DNA of 63,227 nucleotides, filler included, from Octopus bimaculoides (Eukaryota): the NCBI RefSeq assembly GCF_001194135.2. It is 6 parts of 6 records of this genome, joined end to end, with 100 filler letters (N's around TTAATTAATTAA, not from the genome) between each part and the next. Parts side by side here need not be neighbours in the genome. Positions count along the whole stretch, not along the records: positions 1 to 27,711 come from NC_068984.1; positions 27,812 to 42,731 come from NC_068993.1; 4 more parts are not named here. One strand, given 5' to 3'. Shown here in pieces: positions 13,793 through 28,360 of this stretch (the first letter of the stretch is position 1; the number at the start of each line of letters is the position of its first letter). A program made the translations under genes and the position numbers. The notes beneath the pieces were generated by a model. That model worked only from the letters and a program-made list of their open reading frames with translations, searched no databases and had not been told where the DNA came from.

Positions 13793-15084
13793 ATACTTGA
13801 ATTGATGGTGTCAAATAACTTCTTCTGTGTGTATGTGTGTTTACAAAACCATTGTAATTTATTACACTGACATTGCATATTCACATTTGAATGACCAGAA
13901 TGAATTAAGAATGAATATGTAAGTCATCATTGTGATTTTTCCTGTTCACCATGAACATGATGATTTATTATTGCTTGGCAGATATCAGCATACACCAGCA
14001 AATAATTTGCTTGCTGACGTAATAAACAAGTGACATAAATGCTTCTAAGATTCATTAATCCAAGGAGATGCAACAATGTCAAAACATTGGGCATTTTGCC
14101 CAAGAAGATACAATAATATCAAAACACTGAGTGTCACATAGTCCCCTTGTGCTAATAAACTGATGGTGCTGTGGACACACATTCTGAAAAAGGTGTTCTC
14201 CATTGATGAGAAACAAGAGTGGTTAGCATATTTATTTTAGAACTGCTAGAATGAATTAAGAATGACTATGTAAATAATCATTTTGATTCCCATTCTTCAC
14301 AGTACACATGACAATTTCAGTTAACTGTTTTTTTAATGAATTATTTTGGAAATGCATTTCTCAAATCTACTTTGAAATTCACTGAATGACAATTGCAATG
14401 GTCAATTATTTCTTTTTTCTTTTTTTCATTTAAGCTTAAGTCATTTCTTAAGATGTTCACTTAGAGTTGCTGTTTTTACGCTTGCATTTACCTAAGTACT
14501 CTATAATAGTGAAGTTTATTATTAAAGTTAGATTCCATCACTGTTGTTGCTTTAAACCCAGTTCAGCTTACATGTAATAGACCTATAATTAAAGATGGTC
14601 TTGCTATGACCAACCCACCTTTTCAAGCAAGGTTTATCTTATTCTACATAATCCACAGTGTCCTTCCTTTCTCTCTTTTTAAGAGCAGAGTTTGATTTTA
14701 TAGAAAATTTTCTCATATATCTAACATGTGACCACATTGAGAGCCTAGCTTCTTAGAGTCCTGATTCTTTCCACTGTAGAAATAAATTTCATAGTTTTTC
14801 TTGTAATGATGTTAAATATATGCTTACCAAAATATAGAATTGGTATTTTCTGCAAGTCACATTGCCTCAATAAACTTGACATATCTCAACAAAAAAATTA
14901 TTCAAACAAGACATTCTTCAAAAAGGACTGATACATAAAACTACTTTCCACAGTTAAGAGTGGTGAAACTTTGAGTGGATATTTATTATTTCCACAGCAA
15001 AAGGGTTAAATACAGACGGTATGCTTTCCTAATTTTTTAGAAAATTGCCTCAGTACTCACTTTTTAACACTTCTTATATTCTTT

Positions 15085-15160
15085 TATTCTTTTACTTGCT
15101 TCAGTCATTTGCTAAGTTACGGGGAATGTAACCATTAGCAATGGTGAGGGGAGAAAAACA

Positions 15161-15195
<35 letters not shown>

Positions 15196-15308
15196 GCATG
15201 CACATGCACACACACATTTCTTTCAGTTTCTGTCTACCAAATCCACTCACAAAGCTTTGGTCGGCTCGAGGCTATAGTAGAAAACACTTGCCCAAGGTGC
15301 CATGCAGT
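15085..15308 (-). mobile_element. SINE family A, internally deleted
   Basis: Reverse complement of head and tail with internal (CA)n. Confidence 0.8.
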
Positions 15309-15619
15309 GGGACTGAACCTGGAACCATGTGGTTGGGAAACAAGCTTCTTACCACACAGCCATTCCTGTTTTTTTGAACTACATACTGTCTTTGGTATAG
15401 TATGTTTCATGATACTTGCTGGCGTGTATTCTTAATTGTATGATAATACTTGTTTTGTCTTTTATTTTAATATTTATTTCATTACATTCTTAGCAGGTAA
15501 CAAGGCACAAAGCATATATACTGGGATTTTAGATAAATAATTAATTTGTTTTCTTTTTTCCTATTTACTTTAATCTTTATTTTCAATAATTTTAACAGAT
15601 TAGTCAAGAATATATTCTC

Positions 15620-16470
15620 ATTCACTGTTCACAACTTCTTGCAAAAGTTCTACTAGCTTGTCAATACTTGGCAGTAGAAATTACCAGATCTTGACTCAAA
15701 GAATTCATGGAGCCATATTTACAACTTCACATTGTAGTAGAATAAAATGCCTCAAAGACAGATTGGGACATCTCAGCTGCATCACCACATCAAGCCATTG
15801 CATTTGCTGGATGCAAATCTCTGTATTTATTGTGTAGTTGTTTTCAAGCATTTCATAGTGGTGTAGCCCACTTATTTTATCAGTCTCTTTTGCCATACCA
15901 CTAAGTTACAGGGAACATAAACACACCAGAATCGGTTGTCAAGCAATGGTGAGGGGATGGTCTTGAATAGATGCGGCTCTGGCTTAGCTAAAGGCATGCT
16001 TACTTGTCAAGACTCATTCAGTCTTTCTTCTGTTTAAATATTGATATAAAGATATCTTTCTTCACCACCAATGACAATGCAGTACAGAAATCTCCATTCT
16101 TGTCCACAAAAAGTGATGTGTACAATCAGCAAACTTGTGGTGATGGAGAAACTCTGGAGTTTGTCTTATTTATTCAGAGTGTGTGGCACACATGCATCAA
16201 GCTTTTAGACTTTACCCATTAAGTGAAAGTAACAGGTGATGGTATCAGAAGAACATCTCATCTGCAGGGCTAATCTCCAGGGCTAATCTGCAAGGCTAAT
16301 CTCCAGGAGGAATGGTGTAAATCCTCATGAATGACCTCATTCATTGAACTATGCAGGTTAGCTGGAATGCAGAGAGTCTGTGAAATCGAATTTCCCCTTC
16401 TTGCAACATGAAAATCACTTCTGCAGCATGAAAATCACTTCAGTAATAATGCCCTCTCCATAAAGTGCAT
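15620..16470 (-). mobile_element. Decayed mariner transposase, interrupted by a SINE fragment at about 15897-15960
   Basis: GKV*KLDACVPHTL (WVPHEL-like), FLYCIVIGGE (TGDEKW-like), GLHHYEMLENNYTIN...QQMQWL. Confidence 0.7.
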
Positions 16471-17844
16471 AAATGTATCCGGTGGCTTTAATAGCCTCGG
16501 AGACTAGTTTGAAAGTGATGAAAAGCAGGTATCACCAAGGCTCATTTTATTTCTACTTGGCACTTTATCACCATTGTCTGAAAAGAGGTAAAACTTTTTG
16601 AAATTTCAAAAATGATAAACAAAAGTTTCAGAGGAAGAATAGAGCTAAAAAATACCAAAAAAAAAAGGGAAAAACTTAAATCACTATCATAAAAATATTT
16701 TATCAGTGAGTTCAAAGAAAGGGAAAGAAATGAACAAATTTTTCTGATAACCTAGTATACATACATATATATGTAAGTATGTAAGTTTATGTGTGTGTGT
16801 GTGTGTGTGTGTATAATATACAAGCACACATATATATATATATATATATATAATGTAAGTATACAGCTATCTTTCTATCTATCTATCTATCTATATATAT
16901 NNNNNNNNNNNNNNNNNNNNNNNNNNNNNNNNNNNNNNNNNNNNNNNNNNNNNNNNNNNNNNNNNNNNNNNNNNNNNNNNNNNNNNNNNNNNNNNNNNNN
17001 NNNNNNNNNNNNNNNNNNNNNNNNNNNNNNNNNNNNNNNNNNNNNNNNNNNNGTAGAAATATATATGTACATGAATATTTCATTTTTTTAAAATTTTGGC
17101 TTTAGGTCTATAATGTAATTTGCTTATTATTACTTTCATCTATTGCATAAAGCTACATCTAACCAGTAAGTTGGAATGTATGACATTTGGTGTTAACTTT
17201 CTACAGTATATGCCTTCTTTTTTTTTTTTTTCTTTATAACTCAGAATTGCTTTCCATATAAGATCTGTTTCTATGTTAGTTGTCACTAAGTTGTTGAAAA
17301 TGCCTTTGGCAAAGAACCAGAGACACCTTAGCAAAATATATAACTTCTTTTATGTTATTTTCAAATAAACTTCTAAGTTTGAAAATATAATTATTTTCAT
17401 TAATATTTTTGTTATTTTTGCACCTTTAACTCAATATTTTTTTTATAATTCTTTGATAGTTTATTTCAAGTGTAGGAACTTTGTGCTATATGATATATTT
17501 ACTTTTCTTTTAGGTAACTTTGTTTTGTTCTATGCTAATTTATGATTGAATTCATATAAATACTTGGTTCTTTATATAAGTATGTATGTTTTCCTTTTCT
17601 ACTTTCTAAATCTTAATTTTGAATGAATCTGTTTTTTCTTATAACTTTAGAGTGTTCCATTCTAAATTTTCTAAAAATCTGTTACAAGTATTTTTCCCTA
17701 ACTGCATAACTCTAAATGTATAATCAAACTTAAATAAAGCATATGCCAGCCTAAATTTTCCCTTTTGCAGTAGCTGAATTAATAACAGAGCTATTAGAAA
17801 ATATACACAACTAAACGTGTTATATACATCAATATATTTAGACT

Positions 17845-19225
17845 TGGTATGGTTATGTTGTTCAGCTGTTTGCTTCCCAAACATGTGGTTCAGTCTCACT
17901 AAATGACATTGGGAAAATGGCTTCTACTATAGCCCTTGGCTGACCAAAACCTTTTGAATGGATTTAGTCAATGGAAACCATGTGTCTGCATGTAAATGCA
18001 AGTGTGTGTGTGTGTGTAAGCGTTCCTGTGTCTTTATTTTGTACAATTGATATAAATTGGTGTAACCATCATACAAACAATATTATTTGTTTTTAATCTT
18101 CTGTAAGAATTTGTTGAGCCATTGAGAAATATTAAAATCCTGGCACTCCATCGATTAAGGTGATCACTGTTCCACTTGATTCGGTCAATAGAACAGCCTA
18201 CTTGTGAAATTAACATGCAAGTGGATGAGCACTCTTCAAACACACACACCCTTCGTGTAGTTCTCAGTGAGATTCAGCAACACAGATAATGTAACAAGGC
18301 TGGCTCTTTGAATTACAGATAAAACTCATTTTTGCCAGTTAAGAGGACTGGAGCAACATGAAATAAAGTGTCTCACTCGAGGACTTAATGCACCACCAGA
18401 AATCAATCTTATGACCTTCTGATTATGAGCCAAGTTCTGTAACCATTAAGTCACATTAAGAAATATTAAATTGCTTGGAAACAGGTGATGGTTGTGGTTG
18501 TCAATAGGAATTTCCTCAACAAATTCTATCTGATCTATGTAAGAATGGAAATGCTGAATGTTAAAATAATAAGGTGGATGATGATATAGGTGAGGATATA
18601 GTGTTATTAAGAGGTTCACTATCTGGCCACTTGGTCATAGGTTCATTTCTACTGTGTGACACCTTGATCAAGATTTTTCTTCTATTACTTTAGGTTAGCC
18701 AAAGACTTTGTAAGTAAAATTGATTAAAAGAAGCTGCATGAAATTCTGTCGTATATATGTGAGCATGGGTGTGTGTTTAAAGTTTTCGTTTTTAATGCAT
18801 TAAACAGATTTCATGACTGAAAAAAATTATCATTATGCACATGAATGGTTCTGTGATAAGAAGCTTGATTCGTAGTCATGTGGTCTTGGGTACATTCCCA
18901 TCGTATAACAACTTAGGCATGCATCTTCTACTATTGCTCTGGGCTAACTAAAACTTAGTGAGTGGATTTGGATGTGGTGGGGGACAAACACACAGGCACA
19001 CACATGCACATATATACATATATATATATGTATATAAATATTGATACATGCATGCATACATACATACATACAAACATAAATTCATATGTGTGTGTGTGTG
19101 TGTTCATATATGCAACAGGCTTCTTTCAGTTTCTATCTACCAAATCCACTCACAAGGTGCCATGCAATGTGACTGAACCTGGAGCCATGTGCTTGGGAAG
19201 CAAACTTCTTACCACACAGCCACCC
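17845..19225. mobile_element. Cluster of degenerate SINEs: A heads (17845-17985 +, 18603-18760 +, 18840-18990 +, 19110-19225 -), family C (18140-18453 -) and an RTE-like tail (18480-18585 +)
   Basis: Within-window similarity to better-preserved copies. Confidence 0.65.
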
Positions 19226-19230
19226 CTGTA

Positions 19231-19271
<41 letters not shown>

Positions 19272-19298
19272 CGTACACACACACACATGTATATATGT

Positions 19299-19528
19299 GT
19301 GGCGAACTGGCAGAAAAGTTAGCACGCCGGGCGAAATGCTTAGCGGTATTTCGTCTGCTGCTACATTCTGAGTTCAAATTCTGCCGAGGTTGACTTTGCC
19401 TTTCATCCTTTCGCGGTCAATTAAATAAGTACCAGTTACACACTGGGGTCGATACAATCAACTTAATCCATTTGTCTGTCCTTGGTTGTCCCATCTGTGT
19501 GTAGCCCCTTGTGGGTAGTAAAGAAATA
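19299..19528 (+). mobile_element. SINE family B (ggcgagctggcagaa head; gcctttcatcctttc...aagtaccagt body), followed by a SINE-A tail at about 19570-19800
   Basis: B-box gagttcaaattc; copies at 11.7, 12.9, 31.7, 34.6, 47.7, 52.4 and 62.7 kb. Confidence 0.85.
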
Positions 19529-19881
19529 ACACATGTATATATGTATATGTATGTGTATGTATGTGTATATGTATCAATATGTGTGTGTCTTGGTGTTTGA
19601 GTTTGTCCCCCACCTCAGCTTGACAACTGGTGTTGGTTTATTTATCCCCACATCACTCAGAAGCTTGACAAAAAGAAATAGAATAAAATCAGGCTTAAAA
19701 ATATGTATTGGGGTTGATGTGTTCAACTAAGGCCTTCTAGAGTGTGTCTCAGCATAGCCACAGTCCAGAGACTCAAACAAAAAAGAAATAATAAAAGATG
19801 AGTTTTACTACAGAGATAAGAACTCTATAACTAGTGATGTGAAGAATATAAACTTAGAAGCTAATAGAATATGAACAGAAA

Positions 19882-20265
19882 GACACAGGAGTGGCTGTGT
19901 GGTAAGAAGCTTGCTTCCCAACCACATGGTTCTGGGTTCAGTCCCACTGTATGGCACCTTGGGAAAGTGTCTTCTACTATAGCCTCAGGCTGACCAAAGC
20001 CTTGTGAGTGGATTTGGCAGATGGAAACTGAAAGAACCATGTCACATATATATATATTTGTATGTATTTGTGTGTCTATGTTTGTCCCCCCACCATCACT
20101 TGACAACTGGTGTTGGTGTGTTTACATCCCTGTAACTTAGCAGTTCAGCAAAAGAGACAGATAGAGTAAGTACCAGGCTTACAAAGAATAAGTCCTAGGG
20201 TCGCTTTGTTCGACTAAAGGCAGTGCTCCAGCATGGCCACAATCAAGTGACTGAAATAAGTAGAA
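19882..20265 (+). mobile_element. SINE family A (tRNA head, CORE-like ccttgggcaagtgtc segment, internal microsatellite), near full length
   Basis: A-box-like tggctgtgtggt, B-box-like gggttcagtccc, tail gctccagcatggcc...actgaaa; many copies in the window. Confidence 0.85.
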
Positions 20266-23200
20266 GTGTTAAAGAGTCAAAAAGAAATAAAAAGTTCTGA
20301 CTTATCTAACTTAAATAAGAAAGATTGGAGAGGTGCTGAAATTATATTGAGTGAATGAAATGACCAGGTTACTGAACTCTTGGTTAATAAACATACAAAT
20401 GTAAGTGGGATTTATTTTCATAGCATCAAGTAGGAAATAAACACTGGAGAAGAAAGACACATGCAAATGGTTATGAAAATATTATCCCCAAGAATGGAAT
20501 GCGTCCCCACCTCTCAATCAATTAATAACAATAATCAATAAATGTGGACGCAAAGTAATTACTGTCAGGGTGAATAGTCTTAATGAGAAAGATAGTAATC
20601 AAGCTGAAAATTAGCTTTAAGAAGGCCGTTATCACCTTAATGTTCCTCCTAGTTGAGTGAGTGGAACCAGCGTAGTGGTAAAAGCTGAAAGAGGATAAAT
20701 TTATTTCTTGATTCCTTTGCTTTTAGTGTTGAGAAAGTGTGTAAAATTGAAATAAGATTTATTTGCTGAAGCAGTGATATTTTATGGTTCTTAGATACAG
20801 AGTAAAGTTTGGAAAATAATTAGTTATGCATTAACTGCTGAATATGTGTTTTACAGGGAGTAACTATAGCTGAGCTGAAAACAAAAAAGGCCTTAAACAT
20901 ATTCAGTAAAAGATAAATTGATAACAACAAAAACATATAATTGCTATGGTTTAAGTATATTCTTTGAATAAATTATGAATATTGGATTAAAGATTGATAT
21001 GCGTTATCTATTAATTTTATTGCAGATAGCCTGATCTCAAGCTGTTTCTTGAACTGGAAGTTAAATAGAGAACGTCATTAGGAAAACAAAGATGTATAGT
21101 AGTAAGAAGTAAACGAATAGCTGAGGATCAAAGTGCCAAGTGAGAAGATAGTTTCAATGAATTTTAAAGAAACAGCTATACAGGTACAGACTTATAATGG
21201 GAGAAAATATTCCCTGAATAAGTACTATGAGTTGGTGGTGGACAGTATACAACACAGCGATAATGAATATTTCATATGTAGTACTTACATCAGATTTTAT
21301 ACCAGTGAAAAGCCAACAAAGTAACCTCTATGCAGTTATCAGATCTACTAGAAATCACACATTGGCTAATGTAGTTATAGGTATCCTCTGCTGGCAAAGA
21401 AAGATGGAATAGTTATGCATGAAAGGTATTTGGCTATAGGTCTGAAAATGAGAGCTGATCTGAGGTAAAACAGTAACAACAGTATTTTTATTCCCAATTG
21501 AAACTGAGACAGGGGCATTGCAAAACTATTTCGTTATGAATCATAATAATTATAATTTTCATAAGGGCAGGTAACAACTAACAGATTAGAATGAGTTTAT
21601 TAGCAATGGAAAGAACATAACAAGAAAGTCATACATAAAATAATTAAGTTAAGTATGGTGAATGTATGTAATACAGACCATGAAACATTTAAGAATATTA
21701 ATGCGCAAGAAGAGATCTACAGCTCAACTGCTTCAATACTTTTGGCAGATATGGAAGGTAACTCAAATTATGTTTTGGTTTATTAGACCTCTTCACCAAA
21801 CCATTGATTTTTGCCTTACAACCAAGTAGGACTGTAACCTAAAAAGTAATGAGAAATTAGCATATTTAGATAGTTTTATTTTTATTATTTTTACACTGTA
21901 AGAAAAGAATAGTGTTTTGTGAAATATACTTTGCTCATTAATAATCTCGTTTTCTTTAGAAGCTTTTTATAACGACTGATTCTTTAAATATAATAGTTTT
22001 GGTAGCTTCTGTATTGCCAAAAACTAACAATTGATTTGTAATTCATCATTAAAGTAATATTTTCTTTTTAATATTTTTTTCTCTTTTCCGCAAAACTAAA
22101 GAGAAAATTTCGAAAAACTTTATTTGGACAAAAAAGTTAAATACTGAAAAGCCTGTACATGCTAAGGAATGAAAGATCTGAATTTTATTGAAAAACTTTG
22201 TTTCGTTCGACATAATTAACTTTGAAATATTTTAGGTAAAAACTAATAAAACACTGCCAAAACAAAACAAGCAAATACAAAACATAAAGAAGAAAAATAA
22301 ACAACATTCAAATAGGAATTCAAAAGAAAAAAAAATGAAGTTTCTACTCTTTTAAAATGTATTTGCTATTACATTTGATATGTATTTACAACATAAATTT
22401 TAAACAGACAGCTGCCAACCAATTTGATGCTTAAGCAGGAAGCACTCAATTTCGTTGTTTGTAACTCTATAGTTCACTTTAATTGTACTTGCTATTATTT
22501 TTAAATAGAGTTAAACTCCATTTAAAAATAATAGCAATTTTGTGAAAACTTCAAAACACCTTGTGAATATTTTATTGAAAAATATTGATTTTACGCAATT
22601 GTTATTTTCTTGAAGCTACTGATTACATCGTATTAAAATTTTGCTTAATGGCTTTAAAATATATCAAAAGCACAAAATGAAATAAACCAAAAAACAAAAT
22701 AATAATATTAAAAAGAAAATAATAGTGATAAATAAATATAACATGTACATGCAAATGTGTAATATTTTGTTTTATATAAATAAATGTAAAATTTATGTAA
22801 AACGAACTTACTTTTGATAGATGTTATCTTGTGTCTAACTCTTAAATAATCTTAAATTGCATTATTGGCTGCTGCCAACTAAGAAAAAAATATTATATTC
22901 AGGTGTATGTGTGTGATACAAGACATTGTCTTTCTGGACTAATTATGTATATATGGAGAGAAGAAATTTCCCATTTGAACTAATTACATGTTAGATCTGT
23001 GATTCCTGGTGCATGGTCATCATCATTAACATCATCATCATCACTTCCACCATCACTGTCATCGTCATCACCATCATTCATTGGGATTATTGCAATAAGA
23101 TGCATCTAATACTTTGTTATTCCTGGCAGCAGCAACATCAAACTTATGCTGGTAATCCAAATGCTTTCTTTATCATTTCATTCTGCAGGCTAAATTGAAA

Positions 23201-24063
23201 TATGATTTTCAACAGATTTTGATGTTCAGTTTTATATAATAATTGTACTTTTCCCAAGTTTGTTGTTGGTGTGCTATCCTAATAAAAAAATTTTTTAATG
23301 GTATTTAGATGTGAAGGGCACAGTTCCAAGCTTCTCTACATATCTCAATAACATCTATACAAAAGGAGCCCTATGGTTGAAATATATAGAGTCACAAGTC
23401 AAAAGGCTATGTGGTTATACATTCAAATATTACTATTATAGTCTTGTTGTCTTGCATCTGAGCAAGAAAATAAATCCATTCAAAGTCAATGAGGGTGCCT
23501 CTACCTAGTTTTGACCTTCTAGAAATCTCATGTGACTATCACTCAAAGCATGTTTTACAATGTTCAAAATAGGACATATTGAATAAGTGTCTTACCTTAC
23601 ATTATATCTATTTTATGCACAGCATGATGTATACCTAAGTGACTATAATAAATTTAAATATTAGAAAACCTTACTATAGATGCATTAAAACTGTAATCAA
23701 TCTGTCTGTGTGAATGATGAGTAGAAAAAAAGGAGGAAAGCTCATAATGGATATGTTGTGTTATCATAGGCAACCCATCAATGCACTAGCATAATTTATG
23801 ACTGTTTTATATAGCAGCTAACCTATGGCAGTGATTGAGGAAGGAAGCTAAGTAAGTATTCTCTGAGGAGCTGTCAATAAACTATAGAATGATCTGCCAA
23901 GAGACACCTTCCTCCTTTTCCGTAAGGCAAATATATAAAAAAAGAAACGCACTTTTTAATATATAAATTTATTTCAGTTCTTATTGACAATATCTCGTGC
24001 ATAACATAGCTATATTACATACTTACACACACATATATATATGTGTGTACATTAGGTATATAT

Positions 24064-24457
24064 TTTATTCTTTTACTTGCTTCAGTCATTTGACTGCTGC
24101 CAAGCTGGAGCACGGCCTTGTAGGGCTTTAATAGAAGAACTCGACCCCAGGTCTTATTATTTATATGCGTGGTACTTATTCTATTGGTCTGTTTTGCTGA
24201 ACTACTAGGTCACAGCACACCAGCATCGGTTGTCAACCGATGATGGGGGAACAAATACGGACATACATGCACATAGATATATGTGCGTGTATATACGACG
24301 GGATTCTTTCAGTTTTCATCTATCGAATCCACTCACTAAGCTTTGGTTGGCCCGAAGCTATAGTAGAAGACACTTGCCCAAAGTGCCATGCAGGGGGACT
24401 AAACTTCAAACCATGTGATGGGAAGCAAGCTTCTTACTGCACAGTCATGCCTGTGCC
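24064..24457 (-). mobile_element. SINE family A, full length
   Basis: Reverse complement of 19882-20265. Confidence 0.85.
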
Positions 24458-25379
24458 TCCATGTGTCATTAGAGCATCAGACAGATAGTTTTAAATATAG
24501 GAATTAAGCTCAAAAACCATTAAGATCAACTTGGATGTGCTTTAACATACACTTCTGACTTGTCTCTCCATTTTCTATCACACTTTGTTGTATCACACGT
24601 TCAACGTACGATATAACAGGATAATAATAATAATGTCCACGCAAATCGTTCTACTCAAGATACTGGCAATAACTCTTGACAATACACAACTCTCGGTTTT
24701 ACACAGCTCAAGACTCTCTGTGTGTCCATTTATATTGAGCCAACCAATAGGGATGTTCTACTTCCACACAACAACCTTTTAGGTCCAAACCTGACCACTA
24801 CGTACAATCCATTCTTTCAAGAACACTGCTGATGAGGAATATTTTCTCAGCTCATATCTTTCATTGCCGTGTTGACCTGCAATATTTTGAAAAGTGTATT
24901 AATGGTCTCAAAGGGCCCACAAAGCTTCTCTCATCCAGACTCAGCAAGCAAAAGTTTAATTCGTTGCATATAAGTTGATTTTTTTTTTACCTGAAAAAAT
25001 ATCTCTCCAAAACTAAGGGTTGACATAGAGGGTAGTAAACAACTGAAGCAAATGTTCTGACAATAATTGTGCACTACTTTCAGTAACATCAACAAGTTAA
25101 AGCAAATAATTACAATTAAAGCTTGATTTCTGCGAACATATTTCATATAGTTACAAATATATTGCCAAAGATATCAGCTAATTGTTACAAAAAAATAAAA
25201 TGTTATTATTAACATAAATGCATGTTACTGCTTCCAACAATTGCTTTGACTATAAACACCGATTGGAACGCTACTGATGTGAAGTAACGAATCAGGCAAT
25301 TACTATATGCATGATGATCTGCATAATTTCATGATCAACCCCAATAGCGAATTTATAGGAATACAAGAATTTATTATTC

Positions 25380-27200
25380 ATAGATCTATCAGAAAATAAC
25401 ATGCAGATATGCAGATAATATACAAGACTGTGGCTGATGTATTGCTATTCAGATATATAGTAAAATACAATGCATGCCATATACTAGGTGACCAATGACA
25501 GTGTAATGAAAACGAATTGCAGTTTATTGAAGATAGATGCAGAAACATCATTATTGGACACGTTAGTACAGCTTCTGAAGTAAAAGGCATTTTGAAGTAC
25601 TATGCTTAGCAATCTAAACCTTCGATAAGATACTGTAATCTTAAAACTTTAAATAACATTTTATAATGTTCATTTCAATTGCTGATTATGCATTAATGCA
25701 CTATTTTATTGATAATAAAACATGTACGATTAAATATTAAAATCCTTCAAAATCTTGTAATTACGGTTCATCATTCTAGAATATCAACTTCTTTGGGATC
25801 TTTGTCCCTATCCTTCCACTTTCTTTCAACAAATACTAGTCCTCTTCCTAATTCATTCTGTTTAAAATACATTTTTTATAATGCTTTTATGGATATTGTC
25901 CAAAGACTTTATAACCCAATCGTGGCATATATCAGTGGTCAGCGCGCATATAATTAGTCTTTGTGGACGACTCTTTATTTATCAACGATCAAATTAAAAC
26001 ATTCCACAGCTGATTACTCACGTATTTTCACTCCATTTTCTACTGTCATTCAAAATAATTCCACTGTTTATATTCGCTTATGATTTTTGTACTTTTAAAA
26101 ATAATAATGTGTTTATAAAACCTGATTCATTAAGGCTTTCATTTTTAGACTCGGTACAATTTGAAAATTAAAATTATAAGCTTCATTATTTTTTTAAAAT
26201 GTTGTGAGTAGAAAATGTATGATAATAGTTTCAGTTCATGTATAGTTTTGTATTGTATCAACGGTATTGGCACACTGTGTTCTGTAGTTTACAAATAGTG
26301 ATAGATTATACCTAATGACAAGTGTATGTTTAAACTCCTGAAGTCGTATATCACAAGTATTTATGGTAGTCAAACTTGGGCATAACCATTTTGCTAAATT
26401 AAATAGTTTCTTTTTTTTGTGCATGTGTTTCCACAGACATTAGGTAAAGTCTAGATATCGTTTTAAATCTCCAGGTTTGTAATGCATGTCTTTTCAATTG
26501 AATGCTAACTTTCATTTATAAAATATCTATTAACTGTAGTTTTTCTTGACTGTTTCCACTGTAAATATTATTCAATCCATTAAGTAAAAGTTCAAATTAT
26601 TCTAATTTCTTTATGTTATTCACAGAATAAAGTTATCGTCAAGAAATCTTTTCCAGTTTTCTTTTGACCAAGTGAAATCCCCAAATTTTCGTGGTAGTTG
26701 TGATACAATATCATTTGCAGATCGCCCATAACTAAATTTTCCTCAACTGAGCCTACATTGGTTCCCATGGCTGTTCCGATTTATGTTGATTATAGAATCA
26801 ATCATGAAATAGTTATTGTGGTGAATATGTTTGTATGCCCTAATTTTTAATCCATTTTTTTAAAAATATGGTTTGATAATTTATCCGCAAGATTCTTCAG
26901 CACGAATATTTTCCCCTTCTATTTCATAGTTGTGAGGGATGTTTGTATATAAATTCAAAAGATACAACAAGCATAATTTCATTTACCATTGTTGTCAGTG
27001 ATTCCACATAATATTTAGATTGCCCGTAAGAGAATATTTAATGTCGTTAAGATATTGTTTCACTAAGTTACCTAAAAGTTTAATTCGACAATAAGTTCTA
27101 CATGCTGGGAAAGCTATTAATGGTATTGATTTAAAGATATTTGGTGATTAATCATAAAGAAATATATTTGTGTATTTCCTGTTATGCTACCTTTGCTTTT
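25380..27200 (-). mobile_element. Heavily decayed Penelope-like element of a second (Neptune/Poseidon-like) type
   Basis: Collinear fossil motifs on minus: LYTNIPHNY, IGTAMGTNV, NWKRFLDDNFIL (catalytic FLDD), FNLAKWLC..DIRLQEFKHTL, and a possible Cys-rich linker (LTCP...TVLYIIC). Many frameshifts. Confidence 0.7.
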
Positions 27201-27544
27201 GTGAATTTTTGGCAAGCCCTAGAATACACTAGATTTACATCTAAAATTAATTATATATTCTAATTCTCTATCTATTAATCCTTCTTGGTACAGGTGCAAC
27301 AAGATTAAGATTTTTCACCAATTTCGGATGATCGCAGTTAGGAACATTTTTTGTAAAATAAACTACCTTCTATAATTTATGAGTGGCAATATTTTACTTA
27401 ACTCTCTGTATTACATAGAAAAATTTTTAATGCGACCATAAAAATCCCAAAGTATCATAGTCTTATATTTTGGTGACGAGTATTTTATTGCAAATTAATC
27501 TCCATTCGGTTGAAGTAAAATTTTGGTCTTCTTGATATTTTTTA

Positions 27545-27658
27545 TCTTTTACTTGTTTCAGTCATTACACATTCTTAGTCGAATGAATCAACCCCAGTAC
27601 TCATTTTTTAAAACACTAGTACTTCTTATACCGGTTGTCAAGCGGTGGTGGGAGACAA

Positions 27659-27670
<12 letters not shown>
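27545..27670 (-). mobile_element. SINE family A fragment (another internally deleted copy at 29530-29655 +)
   Basis: ttttacttgtttcagtcatt...ggttgtcaagcggtggtgggagacaaac. Confidence 0.65.
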
Positions 27671-27711
<41 letters not shown>

Positions 27712-27811
27712 NNNNNNNNNNNNNNNNNNNNNNNNNNNNNNNNNNNNNNNNNNNNTTAATTAATTAANNNNNNNNNNNNNNNNNNNNNNNNNNNNNNNNN
27801 NNNNNNNNNNN

Positions 27812-27844
<33 letters not shown>

Positions 27845-27869
27845 GCATATATATATATATATGCATATA

Positions 27870-28330
27870 TATATATATATGCATATGTGGGCACAGGACG
27901 TCATGAAAAGTGTACAACAAAAAATACGAAGTACGAGTACATGGAAAATGAACCAAATTTTCGAACAACGAATGACACAAATGGAAAACAAAACAAACAA
28001 CATAACGAACGACCCTTCATCAGTTGCTGATTGTTTTTCTACCCTCGTATTTCGAGCATTTAAGAACAATATACGCTTTCGATAAAACAGTTGCTCCCGC
28101 AAAGCAATTTACATAAAATTTGGGATTTTGTGGAGGGTCAAAATTGGTAACACAAACAGGACAGTGAAAACAATCAGGAGAGGCTGTTAAGCCTAAACAA
28201 GGTTGTGGTGGGAACGCATAAATCAAGCTTGGACAGGAGACAGACAAGAACACGTCTTCCTCGTTCCAGCTACAACGGAAAGAAAGAAACACAAGTTAGT
28301 AGAAGAAAGAAAGACAGAATTTCCCACGTA
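27870..28330 (-). mobile_element. Dispersed repeat family B, copy 2 (shorter related pieces at about 34385-34460 +, 35620-35700 -, 61260-61410 +)
   Basis: Within-window homology to 250-520; flanked by (AT)n on both sides. Confidence 0.7.
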
Positions 28331-28360
28331 TGTATGTATGCATATATATANNNNNNNNNN

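Noticed and set aside
21285-21395. Minus-strand acceptor/GTAAGT donor pair as a coding exon
   Set aside because: All three frames contain stops.
24829-24870. CTGATGA cores at 24829 and 53403 as hammerheads
   Set aside because: No downstream stem II + GAAA + UH arrangement.
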